The notes beneath the pieces are model-generated. The model saw nothing but the letters and a program-made list of their open reading frames with translations, had not been told where the DNA came from and did not search any database. A DNA stretch of 64,000 bases. Origin: Eledone cirrhosa. Taxonomy: Eukaryota. The stretch lies in assembly GCA_964016885.1 (NCBI GenBank), contig OZ024740.1, positions 78,306,001-78,370,000 on the forward strand, given 5' to 3'. Shown in pieces: positions 14,685 to 28,456 of the stretch (position 1 is its first letter; each line of letters starts with the position of its first letter). The translations under genes were made by a program, and so were the position numbers.

Positions 14685-14866
14685 TGTTTCTACTTTAGGC
14701 ACAAGGCTAGCAATTACCCAGTACATTACTGATACTTTATTTTATCGACCCCGTAAGGATGAAAGGCAAAGTTAAACTCGGCGGGATTTGAACTCAGACT
14801 GTAAAGGGACGTAACTATGCTAGAAAGCATGGCGTCCAACCCTCTACCGATACTGCCAATTCACCG
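14685..14866 (-). mobile_element. SINE family 1 inserted in the Naiad 3' region
   Basis: TSD cacttgttcaataac. Confidence 0.85.
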
Positions 14867-16157
14867 ACACTTGTTCAATAACATGCCGGAACATTGATAC
14901 ACATAACATTATTCTGTTAACTTTGATCCATACCGTTATTTCTTTATTTCTCTATCCTTATCTTCCTACTTAAGTTTTAAATCTGAGTTTTGTATCCAAC
15001 CCTTACATCTTTACTGAACTTATTTATAACTGTGAATTTTTCATGCGTTTCTGATCTCTTATTTATAATATGTATGTAATTATATTTTCTATGTTTTTAA
15101 ATATACCTACCGCATTCTTATATCCATGATTCAAATATAGAGCAAATATCCAAATTACAAATTATTATAAACATTATTTCGAACTATGAATTATCCATGC
15201 ATTTATTATTGTTTTTCTTATATATATATATGTATTTAACTTTAACACGTAAAACTTTATTATATAAAATTATAACCGTTATCATTTACCTAAAGTATAC
15301 TGTATCACTAATACATAATATAAGATATATCCATATATAACTCCCAAGTATCTTTATATACATAATTTTCAGTTAACTTCTAAATTTCTTGATTGTTTTT
15401 ACTTTGAGCTAGGAATAATTAATACATGTACACACGGTTATATATGGGTATATATTTAGTTTTAACATGCCTCAATCTATTATTTTATTTTTATTTTATT
15501 TTCATTATCATTTACCTAAAATATACTGGCTCATTAATTAATTAATTAATATATGTCTATATACATAACCGTTATTTAAATTTTTATAACAATAAGTACT
15601 TCAAAAGCTTTATATACCTACTACGTTGACAATAACTAACTTCATTAAAGATTACATTTAGGAAAATATTCAACAGTGTAAACTTTCCTTAATAATGGCC
15701 AGCTAAACCCTTTTAATCTTATCATAACAAAATTCAGAAGCTTAGAAATGTTAACACACTTATAAAATTTACAAAACTAATATATAAATAACCACCAATT
15801 AAAAAAAACCCCCCAAAATATTGATTCTTCACCCTAAGATAACATAAATTAAATATTTTCAAACTTAACCGTTTAACTTTCGGAAAAAAATCTCCTTCTG
15901 CATACATTACCCCCTTCTCTCACTGACTGTTATAATTCATGAAATGCTTTCCTAGATAAATTGTAGTATCATACATATTAAAATCTCGATAACTGGTACA
16001 TTAAGCAACGTTTTTCTTACTCACACATTCTCTATTGAATTTATTACGTTTTCGCATTTTCTCATTATTAGGGTATAAATGTTAAATTTTCTCTTAGGTT
16101 AATCACTACCTTGATTAAATCTTAACCATTTAACATCTCAGGGTATGTCATATATTA

Positions 16158-16218
16158 TTATATTTTGTCTGATGAGGACGTACTGTTGTACATCCGAAAT
16201 ATGTATAATAAAATGTAA
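16158..16218 (+). ncRNA. Minimal hammerhead in the Naiad 3' pLTR; inverted copy at 12828-12888
   Basis: ttatattttgt-CTGATGA-ggacgtac tgtt gtacatcc-GAAA-tatgta-TA-ataaaatgtaa. Confidence 0.88.
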
Positions 16219-16356
16219 TTGATCAAAAGAACATCTATTTTATTAATATTTATATTCTAATATTAATAACTCCGGAAAATTATTTTACCGTAGAGTGCTT
16301 TCAATCTACTGTAAAACTCATTCTTTGATATACTCATTGAATTTTGTTTAACTCTT

Positions 16357-16391
<35 letters not shown>

Positions 16392-16718
16392 GGAAACTAA
16401 TAGGTGCGTGTGTTTTTATTGGCAGCATGAGCTTCCCAAATTATAACAATATATATATATTAACTTATACAAAGTTAGCTATAAGCAGATTCCTTCTGTT
16501 TGATAGATATATATTCATTGAAATTGGTGGTTTACCACTAGATAGAACTGGTCATTCCGTATAGTTAACAATAATGTAATAGTAGGAAAAGCATTCAACG
16601 TAACGCAACTCAATCATCTTTCATGTAAGATTCTGTTGGTGGTGCGGAACGGAGTTAAATATTATTGAATAAAGAGACAGGAGGCCGCATTGGTGAAATT
16701 CCTTTAAAGTTTTATTTT

Positions 16719-16776
16719 TGCAGACACTATATATATTTCAATGGCCAGTAGAATTCCACTGATATCATCAGCTGCA
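16719..16776 (-). ncRNA. Hammerhead-like motif with irregular cleavage region, in TA-flanked cassette ~16460-16780
   Basis: Minus strand: tgcag-CTGATGA-tatcagtgg aatt ctactggccatt-GAAA-tatatatagtgt-ctgca. Confidence 0.5.
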
Positions 16777-16777
16777 T

Positions 16778-16839
<62 letters not shown>

Positions 16840-16843
<4 letters not shown>

Positions 16844-17410
16844 TATGTATACGTACATACATATATGTATACAGACGTACAGTAGTATGTATATATATAT
16901 ACATACATGCACACATATATATATATATGTGTAGGTATGGATTTACCGAACATTTATTATAATGCTCGGTTTGTTTGTAAGCAAACATCCCGAGTTAAGC
17001 CGTACAGTGTTTAGCAACCATCGTTGCCCTTTTGTTCAACATTGGCAAAGGAACGATGCACTAGTTTCAAGCTTATTAGCTATCGTCAGCACCGTATACC
17101 TTCCTGCCAGATGATTGAACGTCTGAAAGTATATACTTTTCTTTGCCAGTGTTGAACAAAAGGGCAACGATGGTTGCTAAACACTGTACGGCTTAATTCG
17201 GGATGTTTGTTTACAAACAAACCGAGCATTATAATAAATGTTCGGTAAATCCATACGTACATATATATATATGTGTGCATGTATGTATATGTATAATACT
17301 ATTGTACGTCTGTATACATATATGTATGTACGTATACATACTTATATTTAAGTAACAGCCGTACTAAGAGTGAGTGAAAAGTGAAATTTCGTTTCATTTT
17401 TTCCATTTAT
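16840..17410. mobile_element. TA-inserted fold-back cassette (same family as 26871-27585 and 50300-50440)
   Basis: Arms ~16840-17050 and ~17141-17345. The spacer holds a minus-strand hammerhead at 17053-17095 with a GUG (probably inactive) site. Confidence 0.85.
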
Positions 17411-17511
17411 ATATATATATCTTCATCATACACTCTCATCTCGGGAACAATTTTGAATGGCGCCAGTTCGTGATTTGAACTCGGGAATTTTATATTCTCC
17501 GAGTGAGAAGA

Positions 17512-17596
17512 ACCCTCTGACGAAAGTCTTCCTTTTCAATGGATTTCCGCATGGATTATCCATTTATTTTGAGACTTGAAACCGTACGGTAAGGGT
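17512..17596 (+). ncRNA. Hammerhead with enlarged loop II and 8-nt palindromic stem III
   Basis: accct-CTGACGA-aagtctt-(40 nt)-gagactt-GAAA-ccgtacgg-TA-agggt. Confidence 0.85.
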
Positions 17597-17995
17597 AATT
17601 ACAGCAGGTACAGTGAACTTTTTAAAATTTATTTTAAAACTTTTTCTTATTTGGTAAACCTTGATTATATATATATATATATACATGTGTGTGTGTGTGC
17701 TTATACACACACAGACGCACATACATATATATATATGTATATATGTATGTGTATGTGTGTGTGTGGTGAAAAGATTAAAAGGCTAAAAAATTAAAGAATT
17801 TTGTACAAATCACGTTATATAGTGAAAATAATAAGATACACCTGATTTCAAATCCCGCCAGGGTTAGCTTTGCCTTTCATCCCTACGGGATCGATAAAAT
17901 AAAGTACCAGTAACGCACTGGGTCGATTTAGTTGACTTCCCCTCCTCCAACCTTGTTGGCCTTTGTGTTTACATCAGAAACCATTATTTTTCCTG

Positions 17996-18031
<36 letters not shown>

Positions 18032-18143
18032 TATCCCCCAGCAGACAACTAATATAGGAAAATTTCTCCTGTTCATGCTTTCCTTTTTTTTTATAAGTAT
18101 ACGTTATCCACCAACTACACAGCCCATGTTTCTTCTTATATAT

Positions 18144-18179
<36 letters not shown>

Positions 18180-18458
18180 TTCGTTTAACGTCTATCTTCC
18201 ACTCTAGCATAGGTTAGATATATATATATAGAAATAATAATAAATGTTAAGACTAAAATACAAAGAGGTCTCGATAAGGATAAATATATATATCAATATA
18301 TAAGAACCGTAGAGCAAATATTTATTAAAATAACAGATTAAAGTTTAAGCAAAGAATCACTGCTTTCGCTCTTAACGGTTTCAGTTTCAGAAGATCCCGT
18401 TAAGGGTGAAAGCGGCGATTCTTTGCTTAAACTTTAATCTGTTATTTTAATATATAAT

Positions 18459-18976
<518 letters not shown>

Positions 18977-19159
18977 TTCGAAGTCACTGTCTCTATTTTC
19001 TTCTAAAAATATAACTTCTGCTCTACTTATAAGTATGAAATTCTCTTTCAATTAATGCTTGACCATTCTATATATGTATGTACATAAAAGAAAAAATCTT
19101 ACATACACACGCGCGCGCGCTTCAGCGTGGCCACAGTTTGTGGGCTGAAACAAGTAAAA

Positions 19160-19211
<52 letters not shown>

Positions 19212-19729
19212 AAAAAGAGATGAAATCGAAAATGCAACTGAAGTCTTATTTTTTTTTAAAATATATATATTTATTTGGTTCCTTTACCGGTTTCGCAGTT
19301 CTTCTGCTTTTCAAAAGGTGAGTTGAGATGGAGGGTCTGTGGTTTTTCTCACATCTGGTTGGTCTCTGAATGTTACTTGTTTTATATGGAAAAAGTGGCT
19401 CGAAAGCCAGGTTTTTCGAGAAGTAATTTGATTGGTTTGTCAATAATTATAATAAATTTCGCGCCAGTTCGCGTTACAATAGTTCTTCAAATAAGAGAGG
19501 GGGGGGGGGGGTTGTCACAGGTTGTTTTTTTCATATATGAGTGTTTGAAATTCTTTTTACTTGAAAAAAGGAGGCTCACGAAGGCTTTTTTTGGTTGGTT
19601 ATAAATGAAATCAGAAACCATAGACAAAACTATAACCCTACTAACAAAAACCAATATATGAGTGTTTGAATTTCTTTTTACTTGAAAAAAGGAGGCTCAC
19701 GAAGGCTTTTTTTTGGTTGGTTATAAATG

Positions 19730-20106
19730 AAATCAGAAACCATAGACAAAACTATAACCCTACTAACAAAAACCAAAGATCCCCGAACACAAGGCAGGAC
19801 CTGATCCGCAGATCACAACCCACACAAAACCTATTCCAAAACCGTAGACCCCTGCCCACACAGAGCCTGTTCCAAAACCATAGATATCAACCCACACAAA
19901 GGAACCAAATCTACAACCCGGACTATCAACAAACCGAACCTCAATACGTCCGAAACTTCTATACAAGACCACACAACAACAGGGGATATACCATTAGATA
20001 TAATAATACCAATGAAAAAACATTCCAGAAAAATCATTTTTTAGACCAAGGCTACAGGACTCACGACACCCGGTGGCACAAACCGATTTTGAAAAACCGA
20101 AAATAA
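19730..20106 (+). CDS. 5'-truncated Q/N/R-rich upstream ORF of the Neptune element
   Basis: Open frame from the inversion junction to TAA 20104-20106, overlapping the RT frame from the TTTTTTA at 20037-20043. Confidence 0.5.
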
Positions 20107-22343
20107 TTAACATTTCAAATACAAACCTCTCAGCCCAACAAGTAAAAAATTCTCTCCAAAGGTCTGAAATTCACACCAACACCACAATATCCTAACCCCA
20201 ACGAGATAAATGACGATATCTCACACTTCTGTAGAGAATTACGTCTCACAGAGGAATTCTTTGACAAGGAGAATAACGACAAATCAATTGTACGGAATAA
20301 AAGCAGCTACAACCCAACAAAAGGTAGAAACAGAGTTCTGGACAAATTTTGTGACCACATAGCTACCTTCCCATACCATGAACTACCGCAACCTAAACCC
20401 AAACCCAACACAAGTCGAAGGGAATGGGAGATTATCCATGAACTAAAAAACAATACGGACATTGTAATTAAGGACGCGGACAAGGGAAGTACTGTTGTCA
20501 TTATGGAGGCTGAAAAATATAAAAATTCTATGTTCTCTCTCTTACAAAATGCTAATTACTATGAAAGAGTAAAAAACTACCAGCAATCAAAAATAATGAC
20601 CAAATTAAACACACTGATTTATCGATACCAGGAAGACCTAACTAAAAAGGAACGCGATTATTTAACAAATTTTGAATACAAAACCAGCAACCTTTACGGA
20701 CTTCCGAAGATCCACAAATGTAAAATAATCAACGATGCCTGTAAACAATCCACCTCAGCCTGCGTGAACACACAATACCCCACAGACCTTAAATTAAGAC
20801 CAATTGTAGCGGGCCCACAATGTGAAACACACAGATTGAGCAACTTTATAGACATACTACTGAAACCAATACTGAAACACATACCAAGCCTTGTAAGAGA
20901 CGATCTGGACCTCTTAAACCACCTCCCCAAACATGTCAACAACGACACTATTATTGTGTCTTTCGATGTAGTGAATCTCTACACAACGATCCCACACCAA
21001 TACGGACTAGAAGCAATAGGATTCTGGCTAGAGAAATATCCCAATGAGATACCTGACAGAATAGAAAAAGCTTCATCACCGAGGGATTAAAATTCATCCT
21101 ACAGAACAACTTTTTTGATTTCGATGGCAATACTTACAAGCAAATATCGGGGACTGCGATGGGCACAAAAGCCGCTCCAACTTATGCCAACTTAGTCATG
21201 GCATACTTAGAAGTCCAGATATATGAACAGTCCAAATCAAAATACGGATTGAACTTCCACAAATATTTATCAGAGAATTGGAAACGCTACTTGGATGATT
21301 GCCTCATTCTTTGGTCCCACACACTCGACCAACTGAAGGATTTCAAAAACTTAATAAACGGCATCAATAACCACATCCAATTCACAATGGAATACAGCCA
21401 AGATCAACTCCCATTTATGGACATCTTAATCACAAAAAAAGACACAAATATCGAAACTGACATACACTACAAACCAACAGATTCCAAACAATATCTGCTA
21501 TTCACCTCCAACCATCCAAAGCACACGAAGACGAACATTCCTTTTAACCTAGCAAGAAGAATTTGCACAATTGTCTCCAATTATGAAACGCGAAATAAAA
21601 GACTTCAAGAATTAAAGGAAATTCTACTTGAGAGAGAGTACCCACTATTACTAATAAATAATGGAATAGAAAGGGCTAAAGCAATAGGCATTGATGAATT
21701 ACGGAAACAGAAACAAATTCAAGGTACGTCCAATATTCTATCATATATCTCAACACACAACCCAAGAAATGCGGAAGCTTACAACACTATTCACAATAAC
21801 ATCCCACTACTAAAACAAAACCCAAGAATGAAAAAAGCCCTTGAAACACACAAAATAATCAAAAGCAAAAGACAACCAAAATCACTGAAAACATTACTCA
21901 CCAATGCCAAATTACCTACCACAAACCCACAACCAAGTATCAAAAAATGTGGTCGCTCTAATTGTGGAACCTGCACTCACCTCATTGAAGGCAACACGTA
22001 TACATTTAAATCAGGACAAAATTTTACTGTAAAAAATCACTTCACTTGCTCATCAAAAAATCTAATTTATGCCATTAAATGTAAAGGATGCAATGAAGAT
22101 TATATAGGACAAACTAAACTCACACTCAGAAACAGAATGACAGTTCATCGCCAACAATTACGAGATCCAACCACGAGACAGATACCACTAAGTGCATATC
22201 TAGACATTTGCGCAAGTAATAAGACACCAAAATTCCAAGTCTTCCCATTTTACCTTTGCGCTAACAATACAACAGAACAAATGCGAATAAATAAGGAAAA
22301 TATGTTTATTCAAAAATATAGACCAACATTAAATAAGGTTTAA
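20043..22343 (+). pseudogene. Neptune-type PLE RT + GIY-YIG polyprotein with two single-base homopolymer frameshifts
   Basis: Motifs: LSKGLKFTPTP, DADKG, YGLPKIHK, LRPIV, SFDVVNLYT, GTAMGT..APTYANL, RYLDD, CGRSNCGTC linker, LIY..CKGC..YIGQT..R..H. The frame breaks lie in A-runs at ~20149 and ~21069. Confidence 0.92.
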
Positions 22344-23348
22344 TATACATTATGTCAACACCACAATATGACATACACACACACACACACACATAACACC
22401 TTCTACTTTAGAAAATAAAAACCCGAACTAAATAAACCTTAACATACGTTTGCACTGGCAATACAACAGCAAACACGAAAAAGTAAGGAAAATATGTTCA
22501 TTCAAAAATATTCCTACTAAAGGAATCACTTTCCTACACACACACATACACACACACACAATATATATATATATTCTCTTCATCTTAACATGCTAACCAT
22601 ACTCCCACACACATAACACCCATACACACACATATAGAACCACTTTCTAATAGAACCACTTTCCTACACACATATATATATACACACACACAAAATATAT
22701 ATTCTCTCCATCTTAACATACTCGCACACACACACATAACACCCATATACACACACACACAACTCCCTCCCCCATCTCTACTAATAGAATCATCTTCCAA
22801 TACACACATACACACACACACACACATACACACACACAAGCACACAAATAAACACATATCTTCAGTCTCAATAGAAAATCTGAACTCTGACACCTGAACT
22901 CTGACAGCTGGCCATATTCACTGAACCAGAACATTTCTCCCAATCCCTTTTCCCTTGACCACTATCTCTCCATTGTCATAACATTCACTATAAAGACTAC
23001 AAAATAGTTTTCCAAATAAGGGCGCAAAAATGTAATGAAAACTTGTTCACGTGACAGCCAAATTTCATTTATAACCAACCCCAAAAAAGCCTTCGTGAGC
23101 CTCCTTTTTTCAAGTAAAAAGAAATTCAAACACTCATATATGAAAAAACAACCTGTGACAACCCCCCCTCTCTTATGTGAAGAACTATTGTAACGCGAAC
23201 TGGCGCGAAATTTATTATAATTATTGACAAACCAATCAAATTACTTCTCGAAAAACCTGGCTTTCGAGCCACTTTTTCCATATAAAACAAGTAACATTCA
23301 GAGACCAACCAGATGTGAGAAAAACCACAGACCCTCCATCTCAACTCA

Positions 23349-23386
23349 CCTTTTGAAAAGCAGAAGAACTGCGAAACCGGTAAAGG
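23349..23386 (+). ncRNA. Minimal hammerhead, U3-A8 core variant (other copies 19281-19318 minus, 18682-18717 minus, 18755-18790 plus)
   Basis: cctt-TTGAAAA-gcag aagaa ctgc-GAAA-ccgg-TA-aagg. Confidence 0.8.
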
Positions 23387-23519
23387 AACTAAATAAATAT
23401 ATATATTTTTAAAAAAAATAAGACTTCAGTTGCATTTTTGATTTCATCTCTTTTTCTTTATACTTTCACTCGTGTAGGACACCTCGGTTATTTTTCATTT
23501 TGTAAAAAAACCTCACTTT

Positions 23520-23556
<37 letters not shown>

Positions 23557-23695
23557 TCGGTAATAAGACACAAACGTACTCCATAGGGTACACTATAATT
23601 AGCCTTCGTGATTAATTATGTGTGTCTGTATGTGTGTGTGTGTTGGTGATGTGTGTTCTTCTTGGGGGTCAGAATTAATGAACACATCTATCTAC

Positions 23696-23764
<69 letters not shown>

Positions 23765-23777
23765 CATATATATATAT

Positions 23778-23820
<43 letters not shown>

Positions 23821-24401
23821 GATATATATATATATATTTAGCAAGATAGAATGTTAGAATTATTAAGAAACATGTCTTCCAATAAATAAATAAATATAAC
23901 AAATAAATAAATAAATAAAATAAAATAAAATAAATAAATAAATAAATAAAGGCTATCTGGTTTCTGAAGTACTTAAGAAAATCAAGAAAAATAAATATAT
24001 AAATAAAATTGAACACCGAAATATGAAATAATGACTACGGTGTATTTTAATTGGAGCTTATATGAAGGTATAACCTAGATTTAGTAGCGGAACTGGTGTG
24101 TTTGGCTAGTAAAGCCTCTCAGTTTACATTGCTAGTGAGTGCTTCTCTACTGATCCTCGTCTTGTAAGGTTGATTGTATTTTAGAAGATACAATGTCTCT
24201 TCTTTATGTTATCGACTGCTGAGAGGAAGGTTGGGGGGGGGGGGGGTGAAAATAAGAGAGAGAGAGAGAGAGGGTAGCAGAGGGGAAGAGAGAAAGAAGG
24301 ATAGAGAGAAGGGGAGAGACTAATTCTAGTATCTTTGCCACTCTCATTCTAGATAACTTTTTACCTAACATTTATTTTATGTATGTGTATATATGTATAT
24401 T

Positions 24402-24463
<62 letters not shown>

Positions 24464-24537
24464 CATATACGTATGCAGTATTTTATATATAAATATAGAT
24501 ATATATAGAAAGAGAGAGAGAGATATACATACATATA

Positions 24538-24581
<44 letters not shown>

Positions 24582-24596
24582 TGGGGGGAGGAGGAG

Positions 24597-24649
<53 letters not shown>

Positions 24650-25289
24650 CATATATACATAATTATAAATCTTTACTCACTCTTCCATATTATTTGTGGA
24701 TAATTAGTATGCACTCTCATATAGTCAATGACATGTTTTTAAGGAAAACGGTCTGAAAGGGCTGATGTTTTAAAATATATATGCATGTATGTATGATTAG
24801 TATGTGTATGTGTGTACATGCAAACACACATACACGCACATGTATCTATGTATATAAGCTGATCTTGCGTGACTTGAATTTAACCCTTTTGTTACCAACC
24901 AGACTCAAACTTTGGGGTGGGTGAGAGATGTCTTTTTTTATGAAAATGGGTATAGCTTTCATTATAAAAAATTTCTCTATTTTACCTATTTTCTTCCCGT
25001 TTTGGGGCCCTTTTTTTCATGGTATTCCCCGTTTGGGATTTTAGAGGCTGGCAGGTCTGCAAAATCCCCAATTTTAAAGGGTTCATATTCAAATTATAAT
25101 CGCGTAACATTTTTTTATAAGAACCATATATTATGTTTAAGAGCCATTGGTTGTTAAATAATTAGAAATCAATTCAAAATTCTTCAATAATTAATTCAAA
25201 GAGAGTATATCTCATTAGAATGGGTATATGTACTGAAACAACGATAAGATGACACCAGTTGATAGTTTTCTTGTCATCTTCTCAAAGTC

Positions 25290-25680
25290 AATAGAGAGAA
25301 GGATCACGGCCAATGGTCACGAGCTGGAGACTGTGACACAGTTCAAGTACCTTTGCGCCACCATCAGTCAAGAGGGATCAAAGCCAGAGGTTCTTGTAAG
25401 GAGAGCTCTAACAGCCATAGCACTGGCTAAACTGAAATCTCTCTGGACAGACAAAAACACCACTCTCAGATGCAAAATGAAATTCCTGCGTGCGTTGGAC
25501 TTATTCATCTTTCTATATGGATGCGAGTCATAGATCTTGATCACTGAACTGTAAAGAAAGATCCAAACAGTGGGAGAAGAAGAAGAAGAAGAAGAAGAAG
25601 AAGAAGAAGAAGAAGAAGAAGAAGAAGAAGAAGAAGAAGAAGAAGAAGAAGAAGAAGAAGAAGAAGAAGAAGAAGAAGAG
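25290..25680 (+). mobile_element. RTE-clade LINE RT fragment followed by (GAA)n
   Basis: NGHELETVTQFKYL.ATIS..GSKPEV..K.K..RAL..IFLYGCES. Confidence 0.75.
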
Positions 25681-26308
25681 TTCACGTTCCCGGGCCATGT
25701 TGCAATAACGAAGTAACTCTCCAGCGTCATGGCAGCATCTGACTTCATTAAAAAAACTTCCGGCGGTGATGGTGTCTTGGGAATGTAATGTGGAGTGGGC
25801 ACATGAAAGGAAAGTACATAAATATGAAGGACTTAGAGGATCTTATGAGGCTCTAGGATGGCAATGTACTTGTGTTTTCAGTAGATGTGGGATGTCGTAG
25901 ATTTGTAACTAGATCCATGATGTCCTACCTGACTGGCATTATAATTAGGAATAGAAGAGCAGTGATTCGACAACTGCAGAGAGGAAAGCAGGGAATGTTT
26001 CATCATAGATATAACAGAGACATATGTGAGAAAGACTAAAGCTGAGAGCGAAAAATAAATTATCAGCTTGTAATAAAACAAAATAATTGCTACATATTTT
26101 GAGTAGTTGCAGCTGCTCCTGGTATAGTGTAGTGACTACATGGATACCGGAGGAAAACAGAGTGTGGGCATACAGAAGTCAGATATTCCCCAGTAGCATC
26201 AATGCTTCACAGCACCGCTGGTGGGATCTATACTGTCAAAGGTACCGAAATTGTTTTCATCTCCCATCGACAGCTGATGAAGAGAATGTCCCGCAGTGCA
26301 AACTGTAT

Positions 26309-26344
<36 letters not shown>

Positions 26345-26414
26345 TACACACACACAAACACACACGCGTGCGCACACATACACATATTTATATATATATA
26401 TTGATACATGCATA

Positions 26415-26488
<74 letters not shown>

Positions 26489-26870
26489 GTATAGAGATTG
26501 TTTTAGCAAGAAGCTAACGGCATTCTATAACATATATGCGACTATAACGTCAAGATGGGAAAAGTAGTTAACGAAAGATTTAGGAAAAATAACTCAAACT
26601 CATCTCAAAAGAGAATCAGGATATAAATTCATCCACAGAATTTAGTAAAATCCAGGGAAAAATCTATAGACCTTTAACTCATGATAAAATAAAGTTTGAA
26701 ACACTTATCCTTCAATTTGGAATAACATCAAATGCTCTGTATAGTCTTAAAAGACTATTTCATGAAAACTTTCAGTGGAGATGGTCACGGTTGGATTTCA
26801 TTCATCAGCAGAGCTCAACAGAAACCAGGGCTCTCACAGTAGTATAATCCGAAAAAGGGAATTCTAAAAC

Positions 26871-26891
26871 TGTATGTACGTATACATACAT

Positions 26892-26943
<52 letters not shown>

Positions 26944-27579
26944 ACGTACATACATATATGTATACAGACGTACAGTAGTATGTATATATATACATACATG
27001 CACACATATATACATGCACGTATCGGTTTACCGAACATTTATTATAATGCTCGGTTTGTTTGTTTGTAAACAAACAAACAGCCCGAATTAAGTGCCGTAC
27101 TAAGAGTGAGAAATGAAATTTCGTTTCATTCTATTCCATTTATCGTTTTCGGTGTGCCCGGCCGACTGAACTCACTCGATATGTAAATTAGGCTGCTCAG
27201 CCGTTAATATGCATAAGGAAAGTATATACTTTCAGACGTTCAACCATCTGGCAGGAAGGTATACGATGCTGATGATAGCTAATAAGCTTGAAACTAGTAC
27301 ATCGTCCCTGTGTCAGTGTTGAACAAAAAGGTGACGTGGTTGCCTAAACACTGTACGGCGTAATTCGGGCTGTTTGTTTGTTTACAAACAAACAAACCGA
27401 GCATTATAATAAATGTTCGGTAAACCGATACGTGCATGTATATATGTGTGCATGTATGTATATATATACATACTACTGTACGTCTGTATACATATATGTA
27501 TGTACGTATACATACATACTTACATTTAAGGAAGTGCCGTACTAAGAGTGAGAAATGAAATTTCGTTTCATTCTATTCC

Positions 27580-27585
<6 letters not shown>
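26871..27585. mobile_element. TA-inserted fold-back cassette with duplicated tail
   Basis: Arms ~26871-27091 and ~27360-27517. The tail aagtgccgtactaagagtg..ccattta occurs at ~27090 and ~27532. Confidence 0.8.
27263..27305 (+). ncRNA. Minimal hammerhead
   Basis: acgatg-CTGATGA-tagct aata agctt-GAAA-ctag-TA-catcgt. Confidence 0.88.
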
Positions 27586-27638
<53 letters not shown>

Positions 27639-27648
27639 TATATATATA

Positions 27649-27745
27649 CAGGGTGTCCCCCAAAATGTATACACACTTTGATTACCTGTACAGGCAATAT
27701 TTATTAGCATGCTGTTGAAGCGTGTATACATTTTGGGGGGACACC

Positions 27746-27748
<3 letters not shown>
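27649..27748. mobile_element. 100-bp Tc1/mariner-type MITE
   Basis: TIRs cagggtgtcccccaaaatgtatacac / gtgtatacattttggggggacaccctg, flanked by TA. Confidence 0.85.
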
Positions 27749-27820
<72 letters not shown>

Positions 27821-28007
27821 TTTATCCCGGGTTCAATCGGGGGTAACCACAGTAAGTAAGGTACTCAATACATTAGTAGAGTGTATACAACAAAATTTAA
27901 TATAGCTTCTACAGGACTAGAATTGTTTCATTCGGGAGAATGAAACAGTTCTAGTCCTGTAAAAGCCATTTCTATGTATATATATATATATATATATACA
28001 TGCACAT

Positions 28008-28056
<49 letters not shown>

Positions 28057-28423
28057 CATACACATACACATATATGTATATATATATATATATAATGAGA
28101 GGGAGGGTGTAATTAATATATGACTTTAAATCTCGTAAAATTCTTTCAGCTACTCTAAAAATATAGATAGACATTAAAATGTTTCTTAATCAACTCATCT
28201 TTCTTCGTCTAAGTTAACTACGTCTAATGTTTTATGTGAGTGTTCTTGTGCCTATGTGTTTGTTATGAGTGCAGATACATAATTTGACACAGTGTCGAGG
28301 TATCTGTGTGTGTATGTGTATATGTGTATATGTGTGTACGTGTATACGTGTGTGTGAAGTGTGTAGTGTGTACGTGTGTGTTGTATGTGTATGTGTGTGT
28401 GTATGTTGTGTGTGTGTGTTGTA

Positions 28424-28456
<33 letters not shown>

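Larger units (their letters stand above)
12783..16360 (+). mobile_element. Penelope-like retroelement, Naiad-type, 5'-truncated, with inverted pLTR copy at its 5' end, inserted in (TA)n
   Basis: 12783-12940 is the reverse complement of 16106-16262 and both carry a hammerhead. An RT/GIY-YIG ORF lies between them and (TA)n flanks both ends. Confidence 0.9.
19207..23522 (+). mobile_element. Penelope-like retroelement, Neptune-type, near intact, with inverted pLTR, inserted in (TA)n
   Basis: 19207-19611 is the reverse complement of 23062-23460. A short tail runs to 23522 and (TA)n lies on both sides. There is a ~120-bp tandem duplication across the inversion junction (19533-19775). Confidence 0.92.

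Noticed and set aside
18322-18452. Fold-back with cagaaga-tcccgttaagggt-gaaa
   Set aside because: The inverted repeat is real, but the core and cleavage site are too degenerate to call a ribozyme.
23170-23222. Possible second hammerhead in the Neptune pLTR (tgaaga..gcgcgaaattta)
   Set aside because: Stem II does not close properly and stem I is only AT pairs.
26270-26810. CTGATGA motifs at ~26273 (+) and ~26802 (-), and another at ~35212
   Set aside because: No compatible stems found by eye.
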